Source of the DNA: Savitreella phatthalungensis
Taxonomy: Eukaryota
DNA: 64,000 nucleotides
Assembly (NCBI GenBank): GCA_051599415.1
Contig: AP039705.1
Location: 124,001 to 188,000 of the forward strand
Reading direction: 5' to 3'
Shown: in pieces, positions 32,627 to 43,867 of the stretch
How positions within the stretch are numbered: the first letter of the stretch is position 1
How the letters are laid out: the number at the start of each line of letters is the position of its first letter
Made by a program: the position numbers and the translations under genes
The notes under the pieces: model-generated
The model's input: the letters and a program-made list of their open reading frames with translations, nothing else
What the model was told of the DNA's origin: nothing
Databases searched by the model: none

Positions 32627-33133
32627 CTACACTTTGGAGAGTAGGCGGTCTAGGCCATCGAGTCCGGTCACTAGCCGGCCTAGATGGTTTGTGAGTTTAT
32701 CGATTGGTGTATGAGAGATGCCTAGGAGTGAGATGAGTTTGGTGATGGATCCTTTGTGGTGGTGCTCGTCTGTGGAGATGATGTGACGTAGGCATGCTGC
32801 AGGGAGGGTTTCCGAGTCGTTTGGGTCCGTGGAGTCTGGCGGTGAGAGGACTTCGATGACGCCGCAGGCGGATGTGATCACACCCCGGATTGGCGTTCGC
32901 ACTTTCGGGACGACGGCAAAGTGGAGGAATAGCCAGACAACCAGAGACGTCAGGAGGATGCCACCGATGAAGGCAAAGGCAACTGTGTATACTCGGAATG
33001 ACAATGTAGCGTGAGAGTTCTCCAATCGAGAGAGTCGTCGTGACAGGTCATCGGGCTGGTCAGGATCGACGAGGTCTGTTGCGTCGGTAGATGACGGCTG
33101 ACGACGCTGCCGGAGTGATGCTGCCGAGGACAT
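32627..33133 (-). CDS. Small single-pass membrane protein, unknown function
   Basis: Likely start MSSAASLRQRR at 33133; one long hydrophobic helix (VYTVAFAFIGGILLTSLVVWLFLHFAVV); two Cys in the C-terminal part. Confidence 0.55.
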   Translation of the reverse strand: MSSAASLRQRRQPSSTDATDLVDPDQPDDLSRRLSRLENSHATLSFRVYTVAFAFIGGILLTSLVVWLFLHFAVVPKVRTPIRGVITSACGVIEVLSPPDSTDPNDSETLPAACLRHIISTDEHHHKGSITKLISLLGISHTPIDKLTNHLGRLVTGLDGLDRLLSKV

Positions 33134-33408
33134 GGTTTGGATGCTGATGTCTTTGACAGAGTGACTTGTACTTGTGGGGAAATAGAGTTTTAATGTCACA
33201 GGCGCGTGCAATCGGTTACACAGAACATGTACGTCATATTTTAACTTTGCTGGGATGCATGATAACACATATGATTGATATGGTTGATTCTCCTGCACAC
33301 GATGACCTGGCTTCCAGAGAGACTTGATTTCTAGTTAGAGACTACTTAAGAAAGGCGCTTTTGACTGACAGCGATGCATTTGTGTGCGTTGGACGAACGA
33401 GCTCATGA

Positions 33409-34422
33409 TCACTGAGTCAGCGGTGCACCTGCTGCAGGCGTACCTTGTACGGTGTTTGCGGCGTTGATGATTTGGGGTTGTGGTGGCGCAGCTGAGGTTG
33501 TCTGTGTTGGAGCTGCTGCTGTTGCTGGTGCGGATGCTGTTGTTGCTGGTGCTGCTGATGACGATGCTGCTGGGGTCTGGAACTTGGGGTCTGTCCAGGG
33601 TCCTTCGTCCGAGAGCTCGACGTTCGGGGTCGCTGACTTGCCGCCGAACTTAGTGGGCAGGTTTTCTTCTGGGATCTGCTTGAGCAGTTCAGACTGGTAG
33701 GAGGAGCCGAGGATGTGGATCTTGCGAGCGGTGACCTCGTCCAGGAGCTTCTTGACGATGCTGAAGGCGGTGGAGAATCCCCAGGGTGCGTTGATCAGGT
33801 AGAACTTGCCCATGCGCTCGGGGTAGTAGTTCTGACCAATGACAGAGGCTGCAGACACATACGAGTATACTTGCTTGATTGATGAAAGACCGACGCCCTT
33901 GAGATCCATGATGGTGCAGGAAGTCTCGACCAGCTCACCCTTCATGCGTGAACAGGCAGGTAGTCGGTCGTCTGTGAATTTCTCGTACTCGACCACCAGG
34001 TTCTGAAGCATTCTGTCCTGAGTAGTGATCTTGTACATCTTGTGTAGGTCGATTCCACCGAGCTGCTCGATGTAGACAGGACGACCGTCACGGTCTGTCT
34101 TGTGGTAGTACTGCGGGTAGAAGGCTGAGATTTCCTTCTTCTCGTGGAAATCGAATGACTTCTTGAGTTCGTCCACGCCAAAGTCCTTCCGCCACTGCTC
34201 ACACTCGACAAACATCTTCTTTGCAAGGGCGACGTCGAACTTTCGCGCCCGGAGGAATCGGAGGAGGGATGGGTCGTCAATACGTTCGGTGTATCCTGCA
34301 TTTTCGAGCTCTTTACGAAGCTCTGCTAGCTTTGCCTGCTGGTCTGCAGTGAGGTTTCCTGGGTAACCTGATCCTGCTGATGGGCATGTCTGAGGGTAGG
34401 TGTTTAGCGGCGCAGGGGACAT
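33409..34422 (-). CDS. SEC14: Phosphatidylinositol/phosphatidylcholine transfer protein Sec14
   Basis: [71 protein letters not shown]. Confidence 0.98.
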   Translation of the reverse strand: MSPAPLNTYPQTCPSAGSGYPGNLTADQQAKLAELRKELENAGYTERIDDPSLLRFLRARKFDVALAKKMFVECEQWRKDFGVDELKKSFDFHEKKEISAFYPQYYHKTDRDGRPVYIEQLGGIDLHKMYKITTQDRMLQNLVVEYEKFTDDRLPACSRMKGELVETSCTIMDLKGVGLSSIKQVYSYVSAASVIGQNYYPERMGKFYLINAPWGFSTAFSIVKKLLDEVTARKIHILGSSYQSELLKQIPEENLPTKFGGKSATPNVELSDEGPWTDPKFQTPAASSSAAPATTASAPATAAAPTQTTSAAPPQPQIINAANTVQGTPAAGAPLTQ

Positions 34423-34681
34423 GGTCTTTGGGGAGATGAAGGAGAGAGAGAGCGAGTGTTAGTGGAGGCTGTGGACTTTGTGATGTACGTTAAGCGCCTG
34501 TTTGAGGATGTACGTAAGTGTGAATGTGTGTGTGGGTGTGAGTGTGGTTGTGGGTGGTGTGAGAGACAGGTGAGTGCTGTATGGGTTTGTTGTTTTAGAC
34601 TTGACTTGTGAGTGACGACAAATTGAGAGAACAGACAGGCTCGATCGACGAAAGTGCGATGATGGCATAAAACTCTAATTT

Positions 34682-34847
34682 CACGTGAAAACTCTCAACT
34701 CTCTCTATATGCATATGTATGACTTAATTTTGAAATGGAAATCTCCTTCTCCAGAAGAACACGTGTACTGTGGCAAAACTTTTGGTATCTTGTCAACGCC
34801 ACAACTACTCTCAGAATGCACAGAGTCTGGGAATGACCTTTCACGTG
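34682..34847. promoter_or_regulatory. Cluster of three CACGTG E-boxes (two as TCACGTGA) upstream of SEC14
   Basis: CACGTG at 34682, 34760 and 34842. Confidence 0.55.
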
Positions 34848-34936
34848 AATGGCGAGCCTTCAAGATATGACGTCCACAAGGTGGTCATTGCAGAATCGAT
34901 AAGTCTACTTAGATCTTTTCTCTTGTCTCGTTTCTC

Positions 34937-37900
34937 TCAAGAACTTGACACCTCTGTCACGCCAGTACCTCTAATGAGCTCACGGTACTCCTGTACATCT
35001 CTCATGAGTGCTTGGTGTGTTCCTGTAGCTCTGATGGTGCCTGCTGTTAGGAATACGACGAGATCTGCTCTGGCAATCGCTGATTCTCGATGAGCGATTT
35101 GTACCTGTGTGAGGTTTTGATGGGTTGCGAGGAGAGCTAGAGTCTGGTCGATTTGACGCTCCGTCTCGAGATCGAGCGCTGAGGTCGGCTCGTCTAGGAG
35201 CATGATGCGAGCTTTCGAGCCAGTGACGAGTGCTCGTGCGAGCGCTAGTCGCTGCCGCTGTCCACCAGACAGAGAAGTGTTGGTCAGTAGGGTATCGAGC
35301 CCCATCGGAAGGTTGTCCCGAACGTGATCGAGCAGGTGCGCTTTTGCGAGAGCGTCAAAGAGGTCGCTATCCGGAACGTCGACGCCCAGAGCTAGATTGA
35401 AGCGAAGGGTGTCTGCAAATAGCTTTGGTTCTTGCGGGACGATAGCCGTCAATGATCGCAGCGCTTTCAAAGACATTGAAGATGTGTCCTGACCGTCGAT
35501 TGTGATCTGACCACGACTAGGCTCGATGAAGCGTTGGAGGAGGTTGAACAAGGTCGATTTGCCACACCCAGAAGCGCCCACTAGAGCAACCCGACTGCCT
35601 CGCGGCACCTTGAATGTCACGTCCCGGAGCACTGGCTCGTTTGTCTCTGGATACGTGAACGAGACGTTGCGAAGCTCGAGTGCAGAGTCTGAGACGATCG
35701 ATCCTGCAGGTGCTGCCGGGTTACCGATCTCGACGTTCTCGCTATCGGTGCTGAGGGCTGCACGGATCGATTGGGCTGCTCGCTTTGCTCGGGAAAAGTC
35801 AGGAGCCATGGAGAAGACTTGACCTGAGGTCTGAGCGGAGAAGAGCAAGGCCGGTAGGACGATGAAGAAGTCCTTTGTCGAGTATGTACCGGTGGAGACA
35901 AGGTGAGAGCCCCAGAGGTACGCGAGCGCGTAGATCACGAACGGTAGACTGTACGCGAGGGCAAGGAGGGAGGTGGATGTGAGGAGGAAGCGAGTGGTGT
36001 CTCTATGGGTGTGGGAGAGATTGGCGTCAAATTGTCGCTGGACGTGTCCTTCGAGCGCGTATGCTGCAACGCCGCGGATATCAGCCACTGCTTCTGCAGC
36101 CGTCGCCAAGGAGTCGGCAAATGCGGTCGCCGTTCGCTCCTGATTCCTTGCTGCCACTTTCAGACGGAGAAAGCCAGCGAGCATGATCATCGGCACCGCC
36201 GGCAGGAAGACTAGAGCGATCTTCCATGCGATCGCATGCGCCAGCACGACACCAGAGACGATCGACACAAAAACGCTCAATGTCGTGCCGATGAATTGTC
36301 CCGAGAGACCCGCGATGCCGGCTGCGTCTGTTTGCAGACGTGTGGACAGTGCATCTGCGGTGGTTGTAGCGTGGAAACCCATGGAACCGCCGAGCCAGTG
36401 TCGGAAGAGTCTGCGCTGCAGGGCGTGGGAGAGCTTTGTGTTCGACATGGCGAACGACACGCCTGTACCCGTGTAGCCGAGAAGCGCTGTACCTGCCACG
36501 AGAACGAAGAAGGCAGCGAGGAAGGCAGAACGCGGCAGGAGCGAGCTGTCACGTGCTAAGCCGTTGAGCGTCGAGATCAAATTACCAAACAGCAGTGCAT
36601 CAGCCGTCGGAATTCCACCGACGACTGCAGCAATGACAAAGCCGACCAGACTCCATCTGAATGCGGACTTGTCCATCAGATGCCTCCAGGAAAGGGCAAC
36701 CGGAATTATCACCTCCTCCTCGATTGTTGTCTCGAACTTCTCTACTTCAGTGAACGAGGTGCTAGAAGAGACGACACTGGCTTTGCGGATGTCGTCAAAG
36801 TCTTCAGGGTCGTGTGTGAGGTAGAGCTGAGCGTATCTACCCTTGCTGTCCATGAGATCGTTGTGAATACCTTGCTCGATACATTTGCCGCGCTCGATGA
36901 AGAAGATTCGGTCGGCGTGGCGAATGGTGTCGAGTCGATGGGCGATGCAGAGGATTGTGATTGACCTCGCAGAAGCCCAGGCGCGCAGGTTGTCCATCAC
37001 TCTGCGTTCGGTGGCGCCATCGAGAGCGCTCGTAGCTTCGTCTAGGAGAAGCACGCGAGGCTGCGAGACAAGCGCTCGAGCGAGTGCCACACGTTGGCGC
37101 TGGCCGAGCGAGAGTGATGTCCCGATGGGGAGCTGCATGGTCGGGTCGAATGAGAGGACTTCTGCAACACGAGCAGCCTCCCTGATGTGATCAACGCCTG
37201 ATCCTCCGGCCTTGACAAGGCCGAGTGCAATGTTGTCCTGCACCGTGCCGCTGAGCAGGAGGTTGTCCTGAGCGACAATCGAGATAGCTTTCCGAACACT
37301 CGTCTTGTCTAGTGATCGGAGCTCGTGCCCTCCGAGAAGTACGCGACCTGTCTGTGGATCCTCGAACCGCTCGACAAGGTTGAACAGCGAGCTTTTACCA
37401 GATCCACTTGGACCGCAAAGTCCGACAAACGAGCCTGCCTCGATGGTGAGACTCAAGTCATCTAGAGCAGGCTTGTCCTTGTAGGCCAGTGAGACGTGGT
37501 CAAAAGAGATGGAAAGGCCCTTTTCATCTTGCGGGAGTGGCTTACCACCTGCCTCGAAACGGGAGACGGAGATACGCTTTTCTTCGGCACGGATCGTGGC
37601 TCCTAGTGCGCCGGCGGATGCGAAGAGTTGCAAGAAGGGCGAGACCATGCCAATGACGAAGCTGGAGTCAAGGACGAGGGTGATGACGACGTAGGTCGAG
37701 CCTGCGCCGGACTGCCGAAGGTCAACGATCAGCTGGGAACCGCGCCAGAAGGCGAGAGCGTTGGTGCAGTAGATGACGAAGAAGGTGGAACCCATCATGG
37801 CTGCGCCGACGAATGCTTTGCGGAATGCGGTGCCGACTGTCGCGTGAAGTCGCTCGCCGAAGCGTTCGGCAAATTCATCCTCCAGACCACACGCTTTGAG

Positions 37901-38503
37901 AAGTCTTACATTGGCGAAGCAGTCCTGGCTGAACCGGCGAGCAGCAAGTTCGACGGCCTCGAGCCGCGCGGAGAGCTTTGCATTGTACCTGTTGCCGATA
38001 TATACAATTGCAGCAAGACAGGGCAGGAGCGGGAGGAGGGTGGCTGTGAGCTGTGGGCCCTGTGAGAAGCTGACGGCGAAGGCTGAGATGAAGTAGGCGA
38101 TGCTCTGGATGAGAAGGCCTGCCTTTTCGCCCGCTGCCGAGGAGATGGTATCGATCTGTGGACCAAGGGTGGTGGTGACCTCGAGCTTTCGTCCTTCGAC
38201 GTGCTCGACGTCGGCGTGCAGGACGCTGCGGAGGTATCGAGATCTCAATCGGACCCCGTTCATCATGCCGATGTGAGCGAAGAGCACCATGTATCCCCAC
38301 GAGAGCAGGTAAAAGCATGCTGCCACAATGATCATCAGCCAGACTTTCTGGACGACGGCACCGTCGTTACTTCCGAATGAGTCCACAATCTTGCCCGTCA
38401 CAAGTGACAGGACGGGTAGAGGCGCTCCTGCTGCGAGAGCAAGGGTTGTTGCACATGCGAGTTCCCAGATGGGTGTGCCATTGTAGAGTCTAAGGAAATC
38501 CAT
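34937..38503 (-). CDS. Full-length ABCB (MDR/P-glycoprotein-like) transporter, TMD-NBD-TMD-NBD; 5' end uncertain
   Basis: NBD1 GPSGSGKS, LSLGQ, LLLDEATSALD, IAHR; NBD2 GASGCGKS, VPQEP, LSGGQ, LLDEPTSALD, IAHR; two membrane domains. Confidence 0.95.
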   Translation of the reverse strand: MDFLRLYNGTPIWELACATTLALAAGAPLPVLSLVTGKIVDSFGSNDGAVVQKVWLMIIVAACFYLLSWGYMVLFAHIGMMNGVRLRSRYLRSVLHADVEHVEGRKLEVTTTLGPQIDTISSAAGEKAGLLIQSIAYFISAFAVSFSQGPQLTATLLPLLPCLAAIVYIGNRYNAKLSARLEAVELAARRFSQDCFANVRLLKACGLEDEFAERFGERLHATVGTAFRKAFVGAAMMGSTFFVIYCTNALAFWRGSQLIVDLRQSGAGSTYVVITLVLDSSFVIGMVSPFLQLFASAGALGATIRAEEKRISVSRFEAGGKPLPQDEKGLSISFDHVSLAYKDKPALDDLSLTIEAGSFVGLCGPSGSGKSSLFNLVERFEDPQTGRVLLGGHELRSLDKTSVRKAISIVAQDNLLLSGTVQDNIALGLVKAGGSGVDHIREAARVAEVLSFDPTMQLPIGTSLSLGQRQRVALARALVSQPRVLLLDEATSALDGATERRVMDNLRAWASARSITILCIAHRLDTIRHADRIFFIERGKCIEQGIHNDLMDSKGRYAQLYLTHDPEDFDDIRKASVVSSSTSFTEVEKFETTIEEEVIIPVALSWRHLMDKSAFRWSLVGFVIAAVVGGIPTADALLFGNLISTLNGLARDSSLLPRSAFLAAFFVLVAGTALLGYTGTGVSFAMSNTKLSHALQRRLFRHWLGGSMGFHATTTADALSTRLQTDAAGIAGLSGQFIGTTLSVFVSIVSGVVLAHAIAWKIALVFLPAVPMIMLAGFLRLKVAARNQERTATAFADSLATAAEAVADIRGVAAYALEGHVQRQFDANLSHTHRDTTRFLLTSTSLLALAYSLPFVIYALAYLWGSHLVSTGTYSTKDFFIVLPALLFSAQTSGQVFSMAPDFSRAKRAAQSIRAALSTDSENVEIGNPAAPAGSIVSDSALELRNVSFTYPETNEPVLRDVTFKVPRGSRVALVGASGCGKSTLFNLLQRFIEPSRGQITIDGQDTSSMSLKALRSLTAIVPQEPKLFADTLRFNLALGVDVPDSDLFDALAKAHLLDHVRDNLPMGLDTLLTNTSLSGGQRQRLALARALVTGSKARIMLLDEPTSALDLETERQIDQTLALLATHQNLTQVQIAHRESAIARADLVVFLTAGTIRATGTHQALMRDVQEYRELIRGTGVTEVSSS

Positions 38504-39815
38504 CAATCGAGCCTTTTCGTGTTGTCTAGATTCTAGGTTCTAGGTCATGGGTCGTTATAGGGTCGTGAAAGTCGTCGTCGTGAAGATCTGTAGATGAGAG
38601 CGAGCCGTCGTTAAAGGGATGAAACGGTGGGTGTTGGTGACAGCTGCAACTCGTAGAAGGGATGCGGTATTTGACCGGCTGCTGAGACGAGATGTGTTAT
38701 CCGACGTATTTCGTGAAGAGAGGAATGGTGGAAGATTCAGGGTCGAGTGACCATACCACGCGGTCAGTATATTATCGTGGTCTCGGACGATCTATCTCGG
38801 TGATCTTGAGCATCTGCGTATCCATGCAAGCAATCCGTGTCGCGTTCGTGCGTCGGATGCGGAGACGAAGGAGTGAATGAGTGCATGGGTTGAGGCTGTG
38901 CACTCGGCTGGTTGGAAGGTGTCGGAAACATGGAAGGAGGATTGTCATCCGGGTAGGCCATTCGGTTCAGCATGAGGTTAGAGGTGGAAGAACATGAGAC
39001 GTGTTTTCTGGCATTTGCTGACTCTTAGAGAAGATCCGGTTGGCTGGATGGATTGACCATGGCTAGGACGCTGTGGAGGAAATCGAACACAGAACGTCGA
39101 TCTCCAAGAGAAGAACAAGGTTGTATGAAATGACAGTCGATGAAGTAGAACTGCTTGTCTGATGGAGGAGAAGCATTGAGGGTAGAAGATGATGAAGGTG
39201 AGATGACAGGTGGAATGAACTGGAGAAGCGGGTTCATCATCTTCTGTCGATCCTTCTTCCGATTCCTTCAGGCCACTTCTCTTGACTTGCTTGACTTTGG
39301 ACTGTGTTCAAGTTGAGGATGAAGAGTGACTGATGGAGTATATCTGATGATGGATGATGTGCTGGCTTTTGTTATGTCGATCCATCTGATATACAATCAA
39401 TCTAACTGCTGCAGGTCACACTGAATGAAGAAATGTTACAGGATGCATGAAATCTGATAATGATCCATCATCCATCGAGATGCACTATCTGATGGTGGCG
39501 AGAGATATTATTCAAATTGATACAGCACAGATTACAAGTATCGTACACAGTGCCAGTATAGATTATTTGTGTATTCAATGTATACTCAATTGATCTGATC
39601 TGGTCTAGTTTGATCTGCATGTGAAAATCTCGGAATTTCAACGGCGGAATATCCTATCGTCCATGTATCAGTGGCTCACACGTGCAAGTTTCTGGACGAT
39701 CAAGTGCATGCAGTAGATCGATTGAAGCCCTACACGTGCCGTAGTTCACTAGATATGCAGCCTCATTGCCCTAGAAACTCTCATATAGACTGAGGTCACA
39801 TACATTCCTATCCCT

Positions 39816-41096
39816 CTATATATCACCCCTCTCTATGGCTGCGCAGACCTCCTTGATCGTTTCTCCACAGTACTTGAAATCGTCGAGATCGTTGTACACT
39901 TGTGCTGACAGACGTAACCACCAGGTATTGTTGTGGACGAGTGGTGAAGTTGCGAGGTTGTATTTGTCGTACAGATACCTGTGGAACCAGGTCATGCGGA
40001 GGCCTGGATCCATACGCTTGCAGTCTCGTTTGTAGTCGAGTGGCATGCGGATGTTGACCATTGCACATGGGCCGGATCCTTCTAGCACTTCCGTCCCCAG
40101 GATATCTGCGACAAGTGCACCGCCTTCTGAAGCGAGCTTCTCGCAGTACTCGATCACCGCAACCTCACCTCCCAGGGACTTTCGATACTCGATTGCCGCA
40201 GGGATTGCAAGATAGGGTGCAAAGTCGAGGGTCGAAGGGAATGCAAATTCAGCAACAAACGCGCTCGTCCCTCCACTCGCCAGACCGTTCGTCGCAGATT
40301 TGCCCTGGAGTTGGTGTTTCCGCTTGGTGCTTTGGTAGCCGTGTGTGGTTGGCATGGCGTGGACGGAGTCATGATTCCTGTGAGCAACAAAGAGGATTGC
40401 AGTTGGACGCTTGCAGTGGAGCCACTTGTGACAATTGGAGATGAAGAAGTCTGGGTCTGCAGACTTCAGGTCGAGCTGCTTGATGCCGATGCCGTGTGCA
40501 CCATCGACGAGTGAGAGTACGCCATGCTTCTTGCATAGGTTCACAAGCTGCTTCCAGGGCTTCAAGACGCCTGGGAGGGATGAGATGTGGTCAATCACGG
40601 CAACCTTGACACGATTTTTGTGCTGCTCGAGTGCCTGCTCGAACTTCTCCAAGATGGCGTCATCTGTCAACGGATAAGCAAGCGGGATCTCAACAGATTT
40701 GATACGTCCGTTACTGCTGTCGACGAGGTATTCGACAGTGTTCCCGCACGCTCCATAAATCGTGGAGAAGTATAGGATCGTGTCTCGACCCTGTTCCTCA
40801 TAGCTGAGGGAGCGCAGAACGACATTGACGCCTGTAGTCGCATTTGGTACGAGCACAAGTTCGTCAGTGTCACAATTTACGAGCTCTGCCAGCTGTCCAC
40901 GGACTTTTTCGAGCTCGGGTCCGACTTCGATCCGCATAAAGACGTCAGGAGCCTGTTCGATCCTGTCTGTCCATTGATCAATCACGTGCTTGACCACTCG
41001 CGGATAAGTCCCGAAACTGCCGTGATTGAGGTTGACGTAGTCTTTGCCGAAGGAGAAGTCTGTAAGCAATGCTCGTCCGAAGCCTTTCTCGGACAT
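39816..41096 (-). CDS. EGT2: PLP-dependent class V C-S lyase, hercynylcysteine sulfoxide lyase (Egt2)-like
   Basis: NLNHGSFGTYP, VPNATTGVNVVLR, IDHISSLPG, LVDGAHGIG, PDFFISNCHKWL (PLP Lys), RLSAQVYN. The family also includes LolT/CefD-like enzymes, so the exact substrate is inferred. Confidence 0.75.
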   Translation of the reverse strand: MSEKGFGRALLTDFSFGKDYVNLNHGSFGTYPRVVKHVIDQWTDRIEQAPDVFMRIEVGPELEKVRGQLAELVNCDTDELVLVPNATTGVNVVLRSLSYEEQGRDTILYFSTIYGACGNTVEYLVDSSNGRIKSVEIPLAYPLTDDAILEKFEQALEQHKNRVKVAVIDHISSLPGVLKPWKQLVNLCKKHGVLSLVDGAHGIGIKQLDLKSADPDFFISNCHKWLHCKRPTAILFVAHRNHDSVHAMPTTHGYQSTKRKHQLQGKSATNGLASGGTSAFVAEFAFPSTLDFAPYLAIPAAIEYRKSLGGEVAVIEYCEKLASEGGALVADILGTEVLEGSGPCAMVNIRMPLDYKRDCKRMDPGLRMTWFHRYLYDKYNLATSPLVHNNTWWLRLSAQVYNDLDDFKYCGETIKEVCAAIERGDI

Positions 41097-41367
41097 GACG
41101 CGGGCGAATGTAAGGTGGAAGAGGAAGAGAATCAGCAGAGAAGAGCCGGTCGAGGGGTAGCAGGTCAAGACAGGGAGCAGATCAACAGAGCTATGTATAC
41201 TGCTGGTATTGTTGAAATAGAAGAGTCACGCTATCTCATGAATGACAAAAGATGACTCCAATACAGACGTGTCTGCCTACACGTAATGTGTGTAGATAAC
41301 AAGTGATCGAGTCATCATAAATATTTTGTGTATTCAGAGCTCGATTCAGGTTAGATCAAATTGGATC

Positions 41368-41392
41368 CAATCAAATCAAATCAAATCAAATC
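41368..41392 (+). repeat. (ATCAA)n microsatellite
   Basis: caatcaaatcaaatcaaatcaaatc seen directly. Confidence 0.85.
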
Positions 41393-42421
41393 CTTCGCTC
41401 GAATGAATGGCATCCCGCATAGAGTCCGATGCCCGTTTGAGATTCCTAGTTCCAGGGTTCAAGAATTTGACCGGCTCCACTATCAAATCGGCTGTTCCGC
41501 ATCCATGCACACATCAGAGTCTCTGCATGTACAGTGAATATATCAACTGAAGGTTATAGTGCCTGGAATATCTACACGTGATGCAAGTATGCGACTCCGA
41601 ATGACCAACAGCGGCAGACTACTGCAGCGTAGATTGCGATCATGGTTTATTCTCCTTTGTAATCGATTGTGCCAACTATCGAGTTAGAGGAATCTTTCCT
41701 GGAGCGCTTATGACTGGAGCTATTCATCGACGCAGACATTTGCTGGACCCGTTGGAATGGTACGCGCATATGCACGTGTGGGTCTATTCTGGTTTTTGTG
41801 GACATGAATCCCAGCAGTGGTAGATTTGAACATCCAGATGAGGTATTTGCCTATGCGAGTGGCTGACAGTCCTACCATTTCTACATTAAATTCACCGATA
41901 CATTAAATTTCAACGTGATTAGATACATTTGTGTAAGTGATTGGTGGAATAGCCGTGATTCTATTTAAAGCATTCCAACCGTCGACGTCAGAATTATTTC
42001 ACGTAGATGCACAAGAGACGCTTTCCACACCCCTGTCGATGTCATCAATGGTCGTCGATGGACTGTAAGAGTCCTCATTGAACTGCTTGATATGCTAAGG
42101 GTCTTTTGAAAGCGAAAGAATCACTCATCCTGCACTTTTCCTTCAGAGTTGACGCGCTTGCGAAAGTTCTCGTCTGGTTGGATCATCTCGGAGTCAATTT
42201 TCCCGAGTGGGACAGGTCCTGCAGCTCAGTCGTCATGCATCCGCAGTCCCTGGCGAGATAGGATCCGAGTTCGCGACCGGGTTCAAACAAGCTTTTACTT
42301 CGCTCGAGGTTTAAATATGACCCTGGCTTCCATGCTCTTTGTTACATAGACGCATCCTTTTCATTCTTCTTTCTCATCTTTTGCTCTCTTTGACAAACTC
42401 GCTCGTTTGTTCTTGTCAGGC

Positions 42422-43867
42422 ATGCTTGTCTTCCTGGCTTTGGCCGCCTCTGTTTTGGCGAGCTTGCCCGTCATCTCGATTCACGGCACAAAGTTCTACG
42501 ATCCATCCGGCAACCAATTCTTTTTCAAAGGCGTGGCCTATCAGCCGACTCCTGCAGATCCTTTGCTCGACGCTGCAGCATGCGAGTCCAATTTCGCCCT
42601 GATGCACGCAGCAGGCGTCAACTCGATCCGTGTCTACCATGTCAACCCATGGCAATCCCATGACGCGTGTATGTCAATCGCGGACAAGTACGGCATCTAT
42701 CTTCTGCTCGATGTCGATACCTTCAACACGACAATCGAGCAGAAGGCTCCGACCTGGAACTACTTTCAGATGACCAGCTACCAACACGTGGTCGCCTCTT
42801 TTGCGAAATACAACAACCTCCTGTCCTTCATTGCCGGCAACGAGATTGTCAACACAAAGGATGGCACGGCCGCTAATCCTTACATCCGCGCATCTGTGCG
42901 CGACACGAAGGCATTCATCAAGTCACAGGGCTACCGAGCGATCCCTGTCGGTTACACCGCTGCTGACATTGCTGAGATTCGGCCAGCATTCCAGGACTAC
43001 CTGACGTGTGGTCCAGGCGATGACCTATCACAGATTGACTGGTTCGGCCTGAACGAGTACGAGTGGTGTGGACAGTCGACCTTCATGCAGAGTGGATACG
43101 CCGCACGCACTGCCGAGTTGGCGAATTATCCGAAGCCCGCACTGATCACGGAATCCGGCTGCAACGCTGTACAGCCTCGTACATTCGGAGACATCCCAGC
43201 GGTCTACTCTAGCGACATGACAGGCGTCTGGTCCGGCTATGTTGTGTACGAGTGGGCTCAGGAGGCGAATGACTACGGCATGGTCGACATGGACAGCGCG
43301 ATGATGCCACATCCACGTCCAGACTACTATGTTGTATCATCTCGCTTCCTTGCAGCCTCGCCATCCGGCACGCCCCTTGCGCAGTACACGCCATCGAACA
43401 CGGTGCAGGCGTGTGCGACATCACTAAGTCTGCCGCCAACACCGTCCGACGATGGCACGGCCGACTGGCAGGTCGGTGGACAGGCTCTCGCCGCCACGAC
43501 ACCCGTCAGCACCACGTCCACCTCGAGCAGTAGCGCAGCTGCAGCAACAGCGGCCGCCAGGACCACGAGCAGCACGACCACTCGCGCTACCGGCACTACT
43601 ATGACGACCACCAGCTCCACTCGACAGACGGGTGGGAGCTCATCCATTACGACCGCGACAGCAACGAACAACGGTGGCGCTACTACAAACGCCCCGACGA
43701 CCACATCATCATCTGCCACATCGGCCACCACCGGCACAGCTACCACCGCAGCTCTCGGCACAGCCACTGCCCAGGCCCGGTCGAGTGGTGTATGCCTTCG
43801 CCCAGTCCGTGGTGGAACGGCTCTGCTGCTTTCCTACGCCGTAGCTGCAGCCATTCTCCTCGCCTGA
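42422..43867 (+). CDS. GH72 1,3-beta-glucanosyltransferase (Gas/Gel), GPI-anchored, no X8 domain
   Basis: Signal peptide; FFFKGVAYQ, NSIRVY, HDACM, AGNEI (Glu), NEYEWCG, ITESGC (Glu), WSG..YEW.QEAN.YG; Ser/Thr tail and hydrophobic GPI signal. Confidence 0.95.
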   Translation: MLVFLALAASVLASLPVISIHGTKFYDPSGNQFFFKGVAYQPTPADPLLDAAACESNFALMHAAGVNSIRVYHVNPWQSHDACMSIADKYGIYLLLDVDTFNTTIEQKAPTWNYFQMTSYQHVVASFAKYNNLLSFIAGNEIVNTKDGTAANPYIRASVRDTKAFIKSQGYRAIPVGYTAADIAEIRPAFQDYLTCGPGDDLSQIDWFGLNEYEWCGQSTFMQSGYAARTAELANYPKPALITESGCNAVQPRTFGDIPAVYSSDMTGVWSGYVVYEWAQEANDYGMVDMDSAMMPHPRPDYYVVSSRFLAASPSGTPLAQYTPSNTVQACATSLSLPPTPSDDGTADWQVGGQALAATTPVSTTSTSSSSAAAATAAARTTSSTTTRATGTTMTTTSSTRQTGGSSSITTATATNNGGATTNAPTTTSSSATSATTGTATTAALGTATAQARSSGVCLRPVRGGTALLLSYAVAAAILLA

